DNA from: Lophium mytilinum
Lineage: Eukaryota
Direction of reading: 5' to 3'
Length of the DNA stretch: 64,000 nt
Assembly: GCA_010093605.1 (NCBI GenBank)
Contig: MU004185.1
Coordinates: forward strand, 22,534 to 86,533
Made by a program: the position numbers and the translations under genes. The notes under the pieces were generated by a model. It was not told the DNA's origin. It did no database searches and saw only the letters and a list, made by a program, of their open reading frames with translations. This document shows positions 24,594-36,513 of this stretch, piece by piece. Every line of letters begins with the position of its first letter. Positions within the stretch are counted from its first letter, which is position 1.

Positions 24594-25175
24594 ATGTCTT
24601 CCACGATACCCCTCAACTCCACCGAGTTCATCGCCAACAGGCTTACCAATATCGATGCTACCAGCAATGTCGAAGTTCCGGATAAGTGCCCAATCTGTCA
24701 CGAGGACTTCAACGCGAGCCATCCCGCTGTCCAGATCACCAACATTCCGGATTGCACTCATATCTTCGGTCGAGGTTGCTTGATGTCTTGGCTTTCTTCC
24801 GGCAGGAACAATCAAAACACGTGCCCAATGTGTCGTCAGCGCTTGTATAGAGAGAGCGGGGATCACTTGGTACCGCGCATACCCATCCATCGTCAGTCGC
24901 TTCGCAATATCTTGGTGGGCTGGAGTACTCCGGCCGACACCATCGACCGTCTACTTCCCAATCGCGAGGAGCACGATGGGCAGGGTACCGAAGCCCTCAG
25001 TGATGATGCGGAGTTTGCTGGAGTCATTCGACATCTTGTGAGCAATAATGGGGAACGCGAGGGAGGTTTCGAGGCGCTTTTGCGCGGATTCGACGAGGCT
25101 ATGGCCCAAGCCGCAGGAAGAGCTGTGCGGGCGAGACAGGCGGGACAGGAGCATTATGAAGAGGACGACGAGTAG
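24594..25175 (+). CDS. RING-finger (C3HGC3-like) protein, intronless
   Basis: CPICHEDF...CTHIFGRGCLMSWL...TCPMCR. First ATG 24594. Confidence 0.9.
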   Translation: MSSTIPLNSTEFIANRLTNIDATSNVEVPDKCPICHEDFNASHPAVQITNIPDCTHIFGRGCLMSWLSSGRNNQNTCPMCRQRLYRESGDHLVPRIPIHRQSLRNILVGWSTPADTIDRLLPNREEHDGQGTEALSDDAEFAGVIRHLVSNNGEREGGFEALLRGFDEAMAQAAGRAVRARQAGQEHYEEDDE

Positions 25176-26123
25176 TTTGCATGAAGGCGAGCAGAATCAA
25201 GAAGTGGGGTCAGGGATGCTCCTCTCAGGGCCCGCAAGGTCGAGTCTGCACAATTGGTGATCAGATGGTGGAACCTACCTATGTTTTGCACGACCGTTTT
25301 GTGGCAGAGAGGGGCTTTGCATACGATGTGCCTGTTATTTGGAGCAGCTTGCAATGGTCAACTAGCCTCGTCTTTCTAGGCAGTGGACATTTTCTACGCA
25401 AGAAGCGATCAGGAATTCCTCATTTCAATTCCACTATCAAGGCAGGAAACAAAATTCCTTGGCCCAAAGCTTCTCGTCACCGTGCCTCCATGAGTTTCGT
25501 AGTATATCCATGGTCATTGAACGATCAACACCGGATTGCTGTCGACGGTGATAGAGAGATTATGTTTGGAAAGCTTCGCTAGCCATTACAGCCTCAGTAC
25601 GAGTAGAGCTGAATAAAGATGATTCACCAGTTGAAGACTACAGCCCATGTATATGTGACCACCCTCAGTGACTTGATAGAGACCCACGCTTAGCCCTATT
25701 GATACCACGGGTCTCTTGGCTGTGGTGTCTCGACGATTGTTCTGTGACTTGGTCGACCGTGAACATCATCTAAAAGTATCTGGACCCACCGATCATAGCA
25801 TTTATTAATGCTTTGCTCCGTACAAAAGGTTTTGGGAATGGTGCCTTTGAGTTACAGAGTGATTGCTGCGCATGGCCAAGGCAAGGACTATACTCCGGGT
25901 ACCACAGGAGGTCCAAATTTAGGGTGTCTCGCAATTCACCTTCGAGTCTACCCAAGCCGCTTTCACTATACATTCACCATCGGTTACGCTAGCGTCCATT
26001 TTCCCATGAATAAAACCCCAAGGGGGTTCTAAGTAGGCATCTAGACATCCATCATACCTGAATCAACCACTGTCCCCCAACACACCACACAACAACTCAA
26101 TACCATCTTATCATCACCTCATA

Positions 26124-27146
26124 ATGTCACCAACAATCCCCTCCGACGCCACCGAGTTCATTGCCAACAACCTTACCGCCATCGACGCCAGCCACGCAGA
26201 AGTCGAGTTGCTCGAGGATTGCCCAATCTGCCAAGAGCGTTTCAGCGAGAAAGATCCGCCAGTTCAAATCACCGACAGTGCCAATTGCAGCCACATCTTC
26301 GGCAAAGACTGCTTGAAGTCCTGGCTTTCCAGCGGTATGAACAACCAAAATACATGCCCCTTATGTCGGGCTAAGCTCTACGGCGTGACCGAGAGGTTTT
26401 CCTGGGCTCCGGACCACGGATGGGAGCGGATCGGTGCTGGAGGCATCAGGGGCACGTTCAGGGGGGCTGATTATGATGGTGTCACTGTTCTCAATACTCT
26501 TATTGCGAGGCTTCGCGAACGGCGGGCACCTTCTGCAATGAATACGATCCGCAATGACGAAGAATTGGAACAGGTCTCTGGCGAGCTTGGCCCGAGTCCT
26601 AGATGGGAACAGGGCCCTGAACTAGAGGAAGCTGGCAGTATAGGACAGCATGAAGGAGATGAGAGCAGAGAGCTTGAGGGAGAACGGAGCCTTCTAGGAT
26701 TCTGGGAAAGAACTCTCTCATTGAATCGAACACCGCGTCGAGCCCCATTGGGTCGAATGCCGCGTCGAGGTCCGTTTCCTAGGGTCGACAACTCTGCATT
26801 CCTTGCCTCTCGGTGTCAGCGGGAGGAAGACCTTCGACAAGAGCGCGGCCAAGGTCAACAGGTAGATGATGAGATCCAATTGGGATTCGCAGCAGCAGTC
26901 CCGGCGCCGCTCGATACGCCCAGCCCTGAGTTGTCCATGGGGAACCGGCTTGCTTCAGGATCTACGTCACCCTCTACTTCACGCTCGGCTTCACGTTCGG
27001 CTTCAGGATTTGCTGCCGACTCCGTTCCACGTTCAGCTTCACGCTCTACTCCACGCTCGGCTTCGCGATCTGCAGCTTCGGGATTTGCTGCTGGCTCTAC
27101 TCCACAATTTGCTCCCCGCTCTGATCCAGAGTCCAAGTCACTCTAG
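26124..27146 (+). CDS. RING-finger (C3HGC3-like) protein with disordered, SRSA-repeat C-terminus; intronless
   Basis: CPICQERF...CSHIFGKDCLKSWL...TCPLCR. Low-complexity SRSASRSASGFAA repeats near the C-terminus. Confidence 0.9.
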   Translation: MSPTIPSDATEFIANNLTAIDASHAEVELLEDCPICQERFSEKDPPVQITDSANCSHIFGKDCLKSWLSSGMNNQNTCPLCRAKLYGVTERFSWAPDHGWERIGAGGIRGTFRGADYDGVTVLNTLIARLRERRAPSAMNTIRNDEELEQVSGELGPSPRWEQGPELEEAGSIGQHEGDESRELEGERSLLGFWERTLSLNRTPRRAPLGRMPRRGPFPRVDNSAFLASRCQREEDLRQERGQGQQVDDEIQLGFAAAVPAPLDTPSPELSMGNRLASGSTSPSTSRSASRSASGFAADSVPRSASRSTPRSASRSAASGFAAGSTPQFAPRSDPESKSL

Positions 27147-28017
27147 AGCCTGGAATACGCTCTGAGGCTATCTAGCAAGGTGGGCGTTGCAGCTTGCTTT
27201 CGTGAGCTTCGCGAAGGCTAATGATGATGCGTTGATAGATTTTCTTAAGGAGTTCTCAGGGACTGGAAGTAGCTGGTATGCGAACCAAAAGGCGGCTTTC
27301 CGTTTTCATGCTCACATATCATTGTTTTGCGGCACCAGTAACGCACGTAGCTGCCCCCTTCGACAAGCTTGGTTTGGTAATGATAAAAATAGGCCACAGT
27401 TAGCTGTAATTATTTGCAACCTGCAAACGCACGTTCTTTCCGAAAGTTCCTGATTTGTTTTGTAGCTGACACAGCACGTACTCAGGATTTCGATATGAAT
27501 GAATGCTTTGAACAGTTCTCTAGGCAACAGATCATACCTAACAGATGCACACTTCAGTATACTAACACGATGACGGATTGGAGGTAGCCCCATCGATAGA
27601 TTTGTTCTCGCAAATGAAGACTGCGTAGTCAGTGGAGTCTTGAAGAGGGCTCTGCCTGATAATGTCTCAGGCCGCCTCGTGCAGTCACCCAAAAAATAAA
27701 CGTCCTTCTAATTCGACATCTGAAAGCATGTTGAAGCACCACGAACAGTCACCGGTACGTGGTAGATATCGAGGATATGATACGAAGCAAGCGGAGATAG
27801 GCGCGTGTGGACGCACATTCACCGTCATGTGATATAGTTGGCCAGAATCGAATATTTCATAGGACGTCCCCAGAGGGCGACCTCTTTCCGAACACACCCA
27901 TATATTAACCTGAGCGTTCCTACACCTTAAGCGCGACATGTCGCAAAAACCAACCACCACAACGTCCACCCAAATCCCAACTTCGGCGCCGTCCAATAAC
28001 CCAGCTTTTGCTCAGCA

Positions 28018-28727
28018 ATGGCCACTTCTACTATGCTCCCGCTTACGCCCGAGGCTTTCCTGTGCAACTTCCTCGTAGAACCGGACCCCGGCAATCCTGC
28101 ATTGTCGGAAGACTGTACATATTCCCTGTCCCAATCGCCCCCCATGCATGAGCCCTTACCAAGTGTACTAACTCCTCCGAGGCCCGATATGCCATCAACT
28201 GTATGACGAAGACCACTTTCCCATGCAAATCACACAAACAGAAGGATGCAAACACATTTTCGGCCTCCACTGCCTAACCAATTGGCTTACAAGCAACAAC
28301 GCCAACAACAACACATGCCCGTAAGGTTCCCAGTGCACGCGCAAGATTTCTTGAGTGCTGGTTTCGTCTACCCGTTCTAACGCTCGCCTCTTTGCAAGCC
28401 CTATGACATCTATACTAACGCGTATTTCGTAGACTTTGTCGCACCAGACTCTACGGACTCTCTCTCCGCGATGAGGGGATACGGGCTCAAGTGCGACTCG
28501 TTCAGTCGATTCAAGCGGAGGAGGAGTATGAACCTCAGGTCGATATTCTCGTGGACCTGATAAATCGGTATTGGGAGGATCATAGTCGGCACAATGCGCA
28601 GTTTCAGCAGCGCTTTCGGCGTGCTCGTAGGACCAGGTGGAAGGCGAGGCGGGATGCGAGGCGCACGGAGCGGGTTGCGCAAGCGCAAGAAGACGCTCAA
28701 CGTAACGCGCTCGAGGACGAGGAGTAG
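28018..28727 (+). CDS. RING-finger (C3HGC3-like) protein; introns 28115-28181 and 28321-28432
   Basis: Spliced reading gives ED|CPICHQLY...GCKHIFGLHCLTNWL...TCP|LCRTRLYG, followed by an R/E-rich helical tail. Both introns have CTAAC branch sites. Confidence 0.88.
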
Positions 28728-28877
28728 GGTCGGAGTGGCACTCAGCTCATTATATGCTGCCACTGTCTCTTGCAGATGAGTAACTCTAATATGAAAGAGA
28801 CCACACTATTTATTCCCTGCCTAGATAGGGACAGATGGTAAAATGCGGCTCTGTGTCGAAAGATCTGGCAAACTCGG

Positions 28878-31659
28878 TCATGGCTGGCCGTCTAGGAGTG
28901 CAACAGGACTTTGGGTAGTTCTTGTCAAATGCTTCGGCAGCAATGAAGCGCTGATACGTAAACCCTTTGCTAGATGGTTCATGACTATATCAAATCAGTA
29001 TTCTGATCAATGGCTTCCGGGCTTATATGTTAAGTGACTTACGAGGCCAAACCACTACTCGCTCAAACATCTGCGCTTGCAAATGATACAGATTCTCCGC
29101 AATCTCCAGCACTTTGTCCATATCTTCCTCAAAACCTCCTCTTTGTACATTGATGTCTTGAGAGCCAAGTAGCTCCACCACGGCTTGAATCAACTGGATA
29201 TCTTCCGGGTCCAAGTGGTGTCGCATTTGCATCGTTGTAGGCTCATCCGAAGTCGTGTTGATATCTTGCTCATGAGCCTCGAGGGCGCCGCGCGTTGCAG
29301 CCACATACGATAGCCAACCACATACAATCTGTGTGCAGTGGAAAGCAGTAATCGCAGAGATGACAGGGACATCAAACGCCTCGCCGCCCTCGGACCACCA
29401 TGGAGCCATTTCATGGGAGAGTCTGAGCGCGGATATTGCGTAAGATGCGACTTCGCGACATTCAGTGTATGGTTGACGTGCACATAATCCGCAAGCTTCG
29501 GCCTGCTCCGCTGCAGCAAGGTTTTCGTTGGGAGGTGTTAGAGAAGCGTTGTCGCTTCCAACGGAGCCGTCGAATATGCTTTTAAAGATTGCGTTTGTGC
29601 GCTGATAGTTCCGACTGTGGAGTGCATCCTTAGCGAGAGAGATATCAACTTGGAGAGCGAGTTTAGTGTGGTCAAATATGGGAAGGCAACCGAGTAGAAC
29701 TTTGTCGCCGAGGGTGAGATCCGTTTTGCGCTTCGGAAGACGTTGCCAAATCTCTTGCCAGGTGTCGAGTGCGTATTTGAAATCTCTCAGCTGTTTCGCT
29801 TCTTGTGGAGACGTTTCTTCGTGCCCTTGTTGCTGTTTCCTCCAGGCCCAAACGCTTTCGTTGAGTGCGAGGATCAGGACCAGACAACCGAACTCGCTTA
29901 CGTTGGAAATCAGATCATGATTCAGCCTGGCCGTATCCATTGGAGATTCCATCGCAGGCTGTTGAACCGTATGCGCGGCTATCATTGCTATTGCCATCTT
30001 AACCGTACGGTCAACTGACCCTAAGGCGTGCATGTCAATCGAAGTATCCGGTGGTGTATCGATTTTCGGCGGAAACAGAGATGATAACGTGCTTTGAAGA
30101 GGGCAGACATCAGCTGCTTCAATGCCCAGTGCTTTCCATTGCTCCTCGGTATCGGCCTCCCATAGTGCTTCCCGACAAGGCAGCTCCAGCTCAATATGGG
30201 AGTGGCCAATGAAGGGCTGGGCTGGGTTTATCAACGTCAATCCGGCACTGCAGACAAAGTAGGCGCAGAAATAGGTGCGTTTTCTTTCCTCGAACAGGGC
30301 CCATGTATGCCAATCTGAGCTTACAGCATCTTCCGGGTGTAGTGACGGTGGCATCGTAACGTTCAATTTACCTAGCCCTGCATCTTGCACCAAAGAAGCA
30401 AGGCAGCAAATGTGTTGGACAGCGACCTGCTCGAGCACTTGGTTTCCTTCGCAGAAGCAGAATTGGATGTATTGAATAAAAGCTTGGATAATGGAAACAT
30501 CTGGCGGGGGCATATCTGAGGATTCGAATGATGACCGCTTGAGGTACTTCCGCACCTCGGATCCGGTCTCTTCGAAGAACCTTTGCGCGAGGATCGGACA
30601 AAGGCTGTATGCTGCACCGAGCGCAATGATGGAATACAGAAGGCAACGGGGTAGTTTTCTCCCATAGCGGCTATTGAACGGCGCTGCGCTGGGATCGAGT
30701 CGAGGGTTTGAAATACAGTCTTGGAGATTTGTCGTACTGAGGTCTGCTGAAAAGAGCCGGAACGTCGGCAGGTGCAGTAGCGGGATATTTGGGTAGGAGT
30801 GAGTTTTGTAGGCGGCTACCAAACTCGCAATATCAATATTGGTAAGGATTTCATCAACGCTGCAGGTTCCGTTCTGGAATGTCCTAGGAACCGAGGGTGA
30901 GGAGAGGTTGGCCCTGACTATATCTGGCGAAGGTCGGGTCCAAGCTTGAAATCCAAATCCAAATGGGACGCCTAAGGATTGGGTATGTCGGTCAGAGAGC
31001 ATCTCGTCAAGAGGAGCCGGAAACTCGAATGTCGGGAATGGTCCGTCAAGCGGTCTGTCGGCCTCGAACCCAAGACGGGAGCTTACAGACGGGCTCGATA
31101 CCCGATGTCTACGTATCAGCGTGTTGCTTTGAGTATAGTTCATTCCTTCGTTTTCGTCAATGGGACCCTCATGCGTCGTCGAGCTTAGAAAGTCTCTGAC
31201 GTCGGGCCATAGCCCTGGGAATGCTTCCGCTACGGCCAGTGCGAGACCAATGTCGCGCGTGCCTCGAGTCGCGGTCACCAAGACGTCGTCGTCATTAGAG
31301 TCGGCGTTCTCCCGGTCTTGGTCCAGCTCTTGCACGTCCTCGCTGTCAAAGTTAATGTTGTCTGATTCATGGTACACCTGTTGAATGGCGTCTGGGGACG
31401 CGTCGTCTAGTCTCGGTCGTTTTGGGCTGGTTGGTGAGTCTGCGGTGGGTGGAGATGCACGCCTGTCCACATTGTGCACCGTCCTACAGTGGCGCTGTAG
31501 GCCATCCATTCGCGTGAACTTGCGATGACAGACTGTGCAGGACATGGCCTTGGGGCGCACGTGAGAAATTTCGTGTCGGCGGAGGTGATCCGGTCGGGCA
31601 AAGGTCCGGCTGCATGTCCTGCATTGGGACGGCTGACTAGAAGCGGGAGAATCTTGCAT
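28878..31659 (-). CDS. C2H2 zinc-finger transcription factor with fungal-specific TF (Fungal_trans-like) domain; last intron ~29042-28985
   Basis: CRTCSRTFARPDHLRRHEISH and CTVCHRKFTRMDGLQRHCRTVH. PLLHLPTF, EERKRT, LPC.EALW motifs. Terminal exon LMNHLAKGLR...GQP*. Alternative upstream ATG at 31719. Confidence 0.92.
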
Positions 31660-33290
31660 GATGAATGCCGCTGTGGATAGTAGAAGAGGTGGAATGGTGA
31701 ATGCCGTGGTGTTGAGCATGCAGGTGGCACGGAGGGATAAGTGGATTCCGGGGCAAAATATGCGGGGAAGAGGGTGGGAGCTAACCCGAATGAGCCATCG
31801 TCACTGCCCGTCTTTCGATTCGTCCGGCACATGTTCGCTTCATTTCATTAAAACGTTGCCGCAGCCACAAGATCCGCTGGATTTGAGGAAGTTCAGCGGA
31901 GCTTGAGCTATGACCGTTATTGACACATTAATCAGGAGCCTAATGCACTAGACCCCGGATATGACAAGTCCCAAGATGACAAGCGAGAAGCTTGTATAAA
32001 TTTGAAGCTAAGATGGAACTAGAAAGTACTAGTTGTATGTACAAACAGTGGAGCCGAGATAGGACCTTGGCTGAATAAGCCAGTACAAGAGAAGGGACAC
32101 TGTAGTGCATTTAAGTCTCAAATTGTTCTCTTCTCATGCATCCTCGATATTCCATAGCATGTCTACGAGTCGAATGTACGGCACTATCTTCTCCAGCCTC
32201 TTCTATTGACAGATACTCTACGTCTGCAAGACTGTGGTAGATACATGCGAAGCGCTTGCCATGAACATACTCGAAGTCAGATTCTCGTAGCGAATGTCGC
32301 GTTGCGTCTTCAGATGTGAAGGTGTCTACGGCATACCCAAGTTCAGAAGCGAGAAAGGGTTGAAGAGGGACAGCAAAGGATGCCGTGCACAGATATGGCT
32401 TGCCATCCATCCCATTATGTTGGCGCCAAATCTTGCAATTCTGCTTCCAGATGGATCCAAGTGTTTGTGGGGGGAGTTCATGATAGGTTTTGTGTTTGAA
32501 CAAAAGTTCAGGACATGCTACGTATCTGCGTGCTCGAGTATTCATTCGTGGCTTTCGGGCAAGGCTCGCCACTGGCATGCTTTGATGTCCCGCATTTGCA
32601 TCTTGGTCATCATGAAGATGAACTCTACTACGGGCTTGTCAGCATTTTTTCAATGCTTAAAGGAGAAGGAGAATGCATTACATGTTCCAACCTACCCTAC
32701 ATGAAATGGCTCTCTACTTCTCTGCTTCATACGTTTCGTACTGCCTCAGCTCCGCCATTCTGATCGGTTGACGCATGATTGCCTCCATGCATCGATAATC
32801 TGGCTCCACATTCTAGGCGAACGCTCTAGATAGCTACTGAAGATGTCGTGGGCTTCTGATTCTAGTCAGAGAGATTGAATCGGGGCAAAATCGGGGAAGA
32901 CGACTAAAAAAGATAATCCGCAGATGCTGCGAAAAGGCGGGGCACAGACGGGGGGGCGGGGCAGGTGCTCGGCCCGGAGAGTGCCCGGGTTCCATCAGCG
33001 AATCATAGCAGTCATCGTAAATATACGGCGCTGGCTGAAGATGAAGCCTTCAAGTCTCTAAATTCTGTGAAATGCATGTGAGTGATGGAATGGGACGAAA
33101 TGAAATTCAGAAAATTGGAAGTAGAGGACGTTGGAGAGAACGCTTATCCGCATGTAGTATAGCGCCACCGAATATTAACCGTGCCGATTTCGAATTTCGA
33201 ATTCCAACCACAGTATCAGAGCTACCCTCGTCATGAATGAATCTCCGTCATCCACACATCGAACCAAGCGCCGTGCCGCTGTACCACACA

Positions 33291-34267
33291 ATGGCAATCA
33301 TGAACAGGAAGCTCAGGAAGATGGCCGCTAAGAACGACGAGAAGTGTTGGTGTGAGGGCCCTGGGGAGGGTGGACAGCAGCCAAGCAGCTCAAGAGCTTC
33401 CGCAAATACTACAAACTCGACAGAGCACATGCAAGGCGTTGTTACGGGAAACGATCGCGCGCAACGTCTAAATCCCGCTGAGAGACCGATTTCGAGCACT
33501 CAGCTGGACAAACCGGTCTCTGGGAGCTCGAATCCCTCTACACCCGTCAAAGACAGTAAGACGTTCTTTGGAGCTTCCGAGATGAGTATGAAGCTGACTG
33601 AGCGATAGAAGCCACCAAACCCAAAAAGCGGCGACACACGGAGCTCTGCAGAGCGAAGAAGAGGCTAGTGAGGATACATCGCGCGGAGGACAAGCTCAAA
33701 CTCGTGGCCGCTGAGAAGGCTGCCGGAAACCCCCCACCAGCGCGTTGTCAGTTCTGCTCGGAGGCCCACTGGAAAGTAGACTGCCCGTCTAGGTTACTGC
33801 CCAAGGGACATCGGAAGAAGCTCAAAAGGGAGCGGGCCGCCTTGAAAAGGACCATGGAGGAGAGGCGCACACTGGTAGCGACCGAGAAGGCTGCTGGCCG
33901 GAACCCCGCGATGCCATGCGGGAACTGCTCTGGCGAACACCGGATAGAGGACTGCCCGGAGCCTGAAAAACTTGGGATACGTCGCGTCGAGTCCGAAGCC
34001 CCTCGGAAGGTCTGTCGCAACTGCTCTGGTCACCACTGGCAGAGGGACTGCCCAAACCTAGTAATGGCTGATACTGCTGTGGCTAAGATCAAGGATGCGC
34101 ATGTAGCCGCCCCAAATCCGGTCAAGATTAATCCTGTTGTAGCCAAGAGCAAGAACAAGAAGGAAGCGGTCTCGGATAAGCAGCCAGTGTCATCACGTAA
34201 TACGGTTGATCTCGCCAAAGTCGAAAATCTCCTCGATTCATTCTTTGCCGTAGAGGCCGCTGGCTGA
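33291..34267 (+). CDS. Lysine-rich protein with three C-x2-C-x3-H-x4-C zinc knuckles; intron 33556-33608
   Basis: CQFCSEAHWKVDCP, CGNCSGEHRIEDCP, CRNCSGHHWQRDCP. A GTAAGA...CTGAC...TAG intron joins the two ORFs in frame. Confidence 0.85.
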
Positions 34268-34854
34268 GGGCGATTGTTGAGTCTATATTTGGCACTACCG
34301 CGTTCATTCACTGCTGCCTTTGTGTCGCAATCACCGCTTTGAACTGAGGAGAGCGACACCATACTGGCGGTGATTTCAGCTGTCCCAATGTTCTCTTCGC
34401 AAACATTGAACTCCGACTCCAATGTTCAGTATCTTATAGTAATCCCCCTTGGAGACCCGGGAGCGCACGTTTGCAACGCTTGTATTGCTGAATAATTGCA
34501 GTACTAGCCAGAACCTCGACACCGACAACGGAATGAAGAAGCGGCGAAGCAATGACGTACAGGCATACTCAAGGGTGAGGAAGAACTTCAGAAGATGGAA
34601 CTTGGGCAAGGACTACAGTAACCTCTGGAATGGGACGACGAAGTATGCATCGATCTCTACATTTTGTCAAGCATAGCCTCACTGCAGATAGGAAGAGCTG
34701 CCAGTGGCTGGTCTTTATTCGAATAGAAGAACAGATCAGCCGTCGTTCTCATAAAATCGTCCCATTTTCTGACGTGTGAATGATTGGATGACTTTTGGTG
34801 GACAAGGAAAATCCCCAGTGTTGCCAATTTAAGGAGGCCGAGCTACGAAGCTCA

Positions 34855-36513
34855 TTATCTGTCTAGCTTGAACCCACCATTGCACGCCCCCTGAAAGAAA
34901 CCTTCAGAATCGTATTTCCGGCTCACTTCCTTGAGAAACTGCAGGTTATCCTTGCCGTACCCATCAAACGGTCGTTGCGCGCCCCCGCAATAGTTCAAAT
35001 ACTTGTACCGATGACCTGTTCCATGATCATTCGCAAAAGCATCGATCTGGTGGATCGCCGCACGCGTGATCTTCTCCGCATTCTCATCGTCTTTGCTCAA
35101 TGCCCAATTCACCGTGAAGTTGACAATGACAAGCGGCTCATCGGAGCTTGTGTCGAGACCAAGAGGATTCGAATCGCCTTTGCGCGCCCAGTCAGGGAGG
35201 AGTGGCTGGACGACGAACGTCCAAGACATGCCTTTGATGTTGGCCTTGCGAATCGATACGATGCCATCACGGTATGCTTTGTGTGCTGCTTCGAGAGTGA
35301 TGCGATCGTTCTTGATGGTTGTAGTGGCCCAAGTCTGGCGCCGGCCAGGTGGATTCAACGCGTTCATCTCATCGGTTGCACTTGTGAGGCTGCGGACTTT
35401 GCACGTGCTCCAGAAGCGCCAGAGCGAGGAGAACTGCGAGCTCTTCCAGCACGCAGGCCATTTCTTGTCGTCTGCAGGAGACTTGGTGTGTACAAGGTTC
35501 ACAGCGATGGCTTGGATGCCAAGTTGCTGTAGGTAGGTGAAGCAAGCGATTGGACCGGCGGCGTATTCATCGTGCGTCTTGCCTTCGTCGTTGGTTATGG
35601 CTCTATTGGTGAAATCATGGAAAGCTGAAAGAACTTTGGAAGCTTGAAACGATGGCATGTAGAGAAAGCCGCCCCAGATGTTGGTTGAGGGGAAAGCCCG
35701 AGCCGTGAAGCGCGTGACGATGCCGAAGTTGTTGGAGCCACCCTTGAGTGCGCGCCATAGATCAGGATTCGTTGTCTCCGAAGCCGTAGTCACGTTGCCG
35801 TCAGCGAGCACAAGTTCGTACTCAATGATGTTGGAGCACACGAAGCCAAAGCGCGGCGAGAAGAAGGACAAGCCGCCTCCTAGAGTGAGACCTCCGACGC
35901 CGACAGCCGAGTTTCTGCCTCCTGCAACGGCGAGACCCTTCTCTTCCAAGGCTTGTGAGACATGCAGCCACTTGCAGCCAGCTCCGATGACTACACTCGT
36001 CTGGTCTCCCGAAACCACGACTTGGTTGAAGAGGCTCATGTCGATGACAACGCCGCCTTTAATGCTCGCAGCGCCATCGACGGGAGAGTGGCCGCCTCCA
36101 CGCACCGCGAACAGCCCGTCCGCTTTCCCATCTGAGTCTGTGCTCCCGCTCTTCCGGTTGTCGAACTCGGTCTTGAGGATCTTGATAGCCTGGGCCAGCT
36201 CCTGCACGTTGCGCGGTCGCACGAAGCACGCCGGAGCAACCTCGCACTGCTGCTGCGCCCAGTACGAGTTCGCCGACTGCTTGAAGGCAGCTCCATCTTC
36301 AGGAGAAATGACACTAGCGGATAGTACCTTCACCAATAGCTCTTTAAGCTGACGGGCAGGCTCTGATAAGCTCGTCGTGAGATCCAGATGGAGGGGCTTC
36401 TCTGCCTCTGCATCGCGTCGAGTTTGCGAAGCTTGCACCCAAAGACGGCGCATTATGAAGACGAGGAGAACGATTGAAGCGAGAATAGAGGTCAAGGAGA
36501 AGGAGAGAAGCAT
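34855..36513 (-). CDS. FAD-linked oxidoreductase (FAD_binding_4 / berberine-bridge-like) with N-terminal hydrophobic anchor
   Basis: FAVRGGGH, VGVGGLTLGGG, DLWRALKGGSNNFGIVT, YLNY motifs. Confidence 0.93.
   Translation of the reverse strand: MLLSFSLTSILASIVLLVFIMRRLWVQASQTRRDAEAEKPLHLDLTTSLSEPARQLKELLVKVLSASVISPEDGAAFKQSANSYWAQQQCEVAPACFVRPRNVQELAQAIKILKTEFDNRKSGSTDSDGKADGLFAVRGGGHSPVDGAASIKGGVVIDMSLFNQVVVSGDQTSVVIGAGCKWLHVSQALEEKGLAVAGGRNSAVGVGGLTLGGGLSFFSPRFGFVCSNIIEYELVLADGNVTTASETTNPDLWRALKGGSNNFGIVTRFTARAFPSTNIWGGFLYMPSFQASKVLSAFHDFTNRAITNDEGKTHDEYAAGPIACFTYLQQLGIQAIAVNLVHTKSPADDKKWPACWKSSQFSSLWRFWSTCKVRSLTSATDEMNALNPPGRRQTWATTTIKNDRITLEAAHKAYRDGIVSIRKANIKGMSWTFVVQPLLPDWARKGDSNPLGLDTSSDEPLVIVNFTVNWALSKDDENAEKITRAAIHQIDAFANDHGTGHRYKYLNYCGGAQRPFDGYGKDNLQFLKEVSRKYDSEGFFQGACNGGFKLDR

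Noticed and set aside
32111..32790. Possible gene or methyltransferase-like N-terminal fragment
   Set aside because: Only a vague resemblance (SLRESDFEYVHGKRF), no SAM-binding motif, and upstream stops.
32880..32990. G-rich tract as a G-quadruplex or regulatory element
   Set aside because: G runs are irregular and there is no independent support.
33237..34267. Retrotransposon gag
   Set aside because: Knuckle spacing is x3 rather than x4, the gene has an intron, and no pol or LTRs are nearby.
35678..36352. Long antisense ORFs here and opposite other genes (e.g. 50212-50655, 62961-63347)
   Set aside because: Shadow frames of well-supported genes on the other strand.
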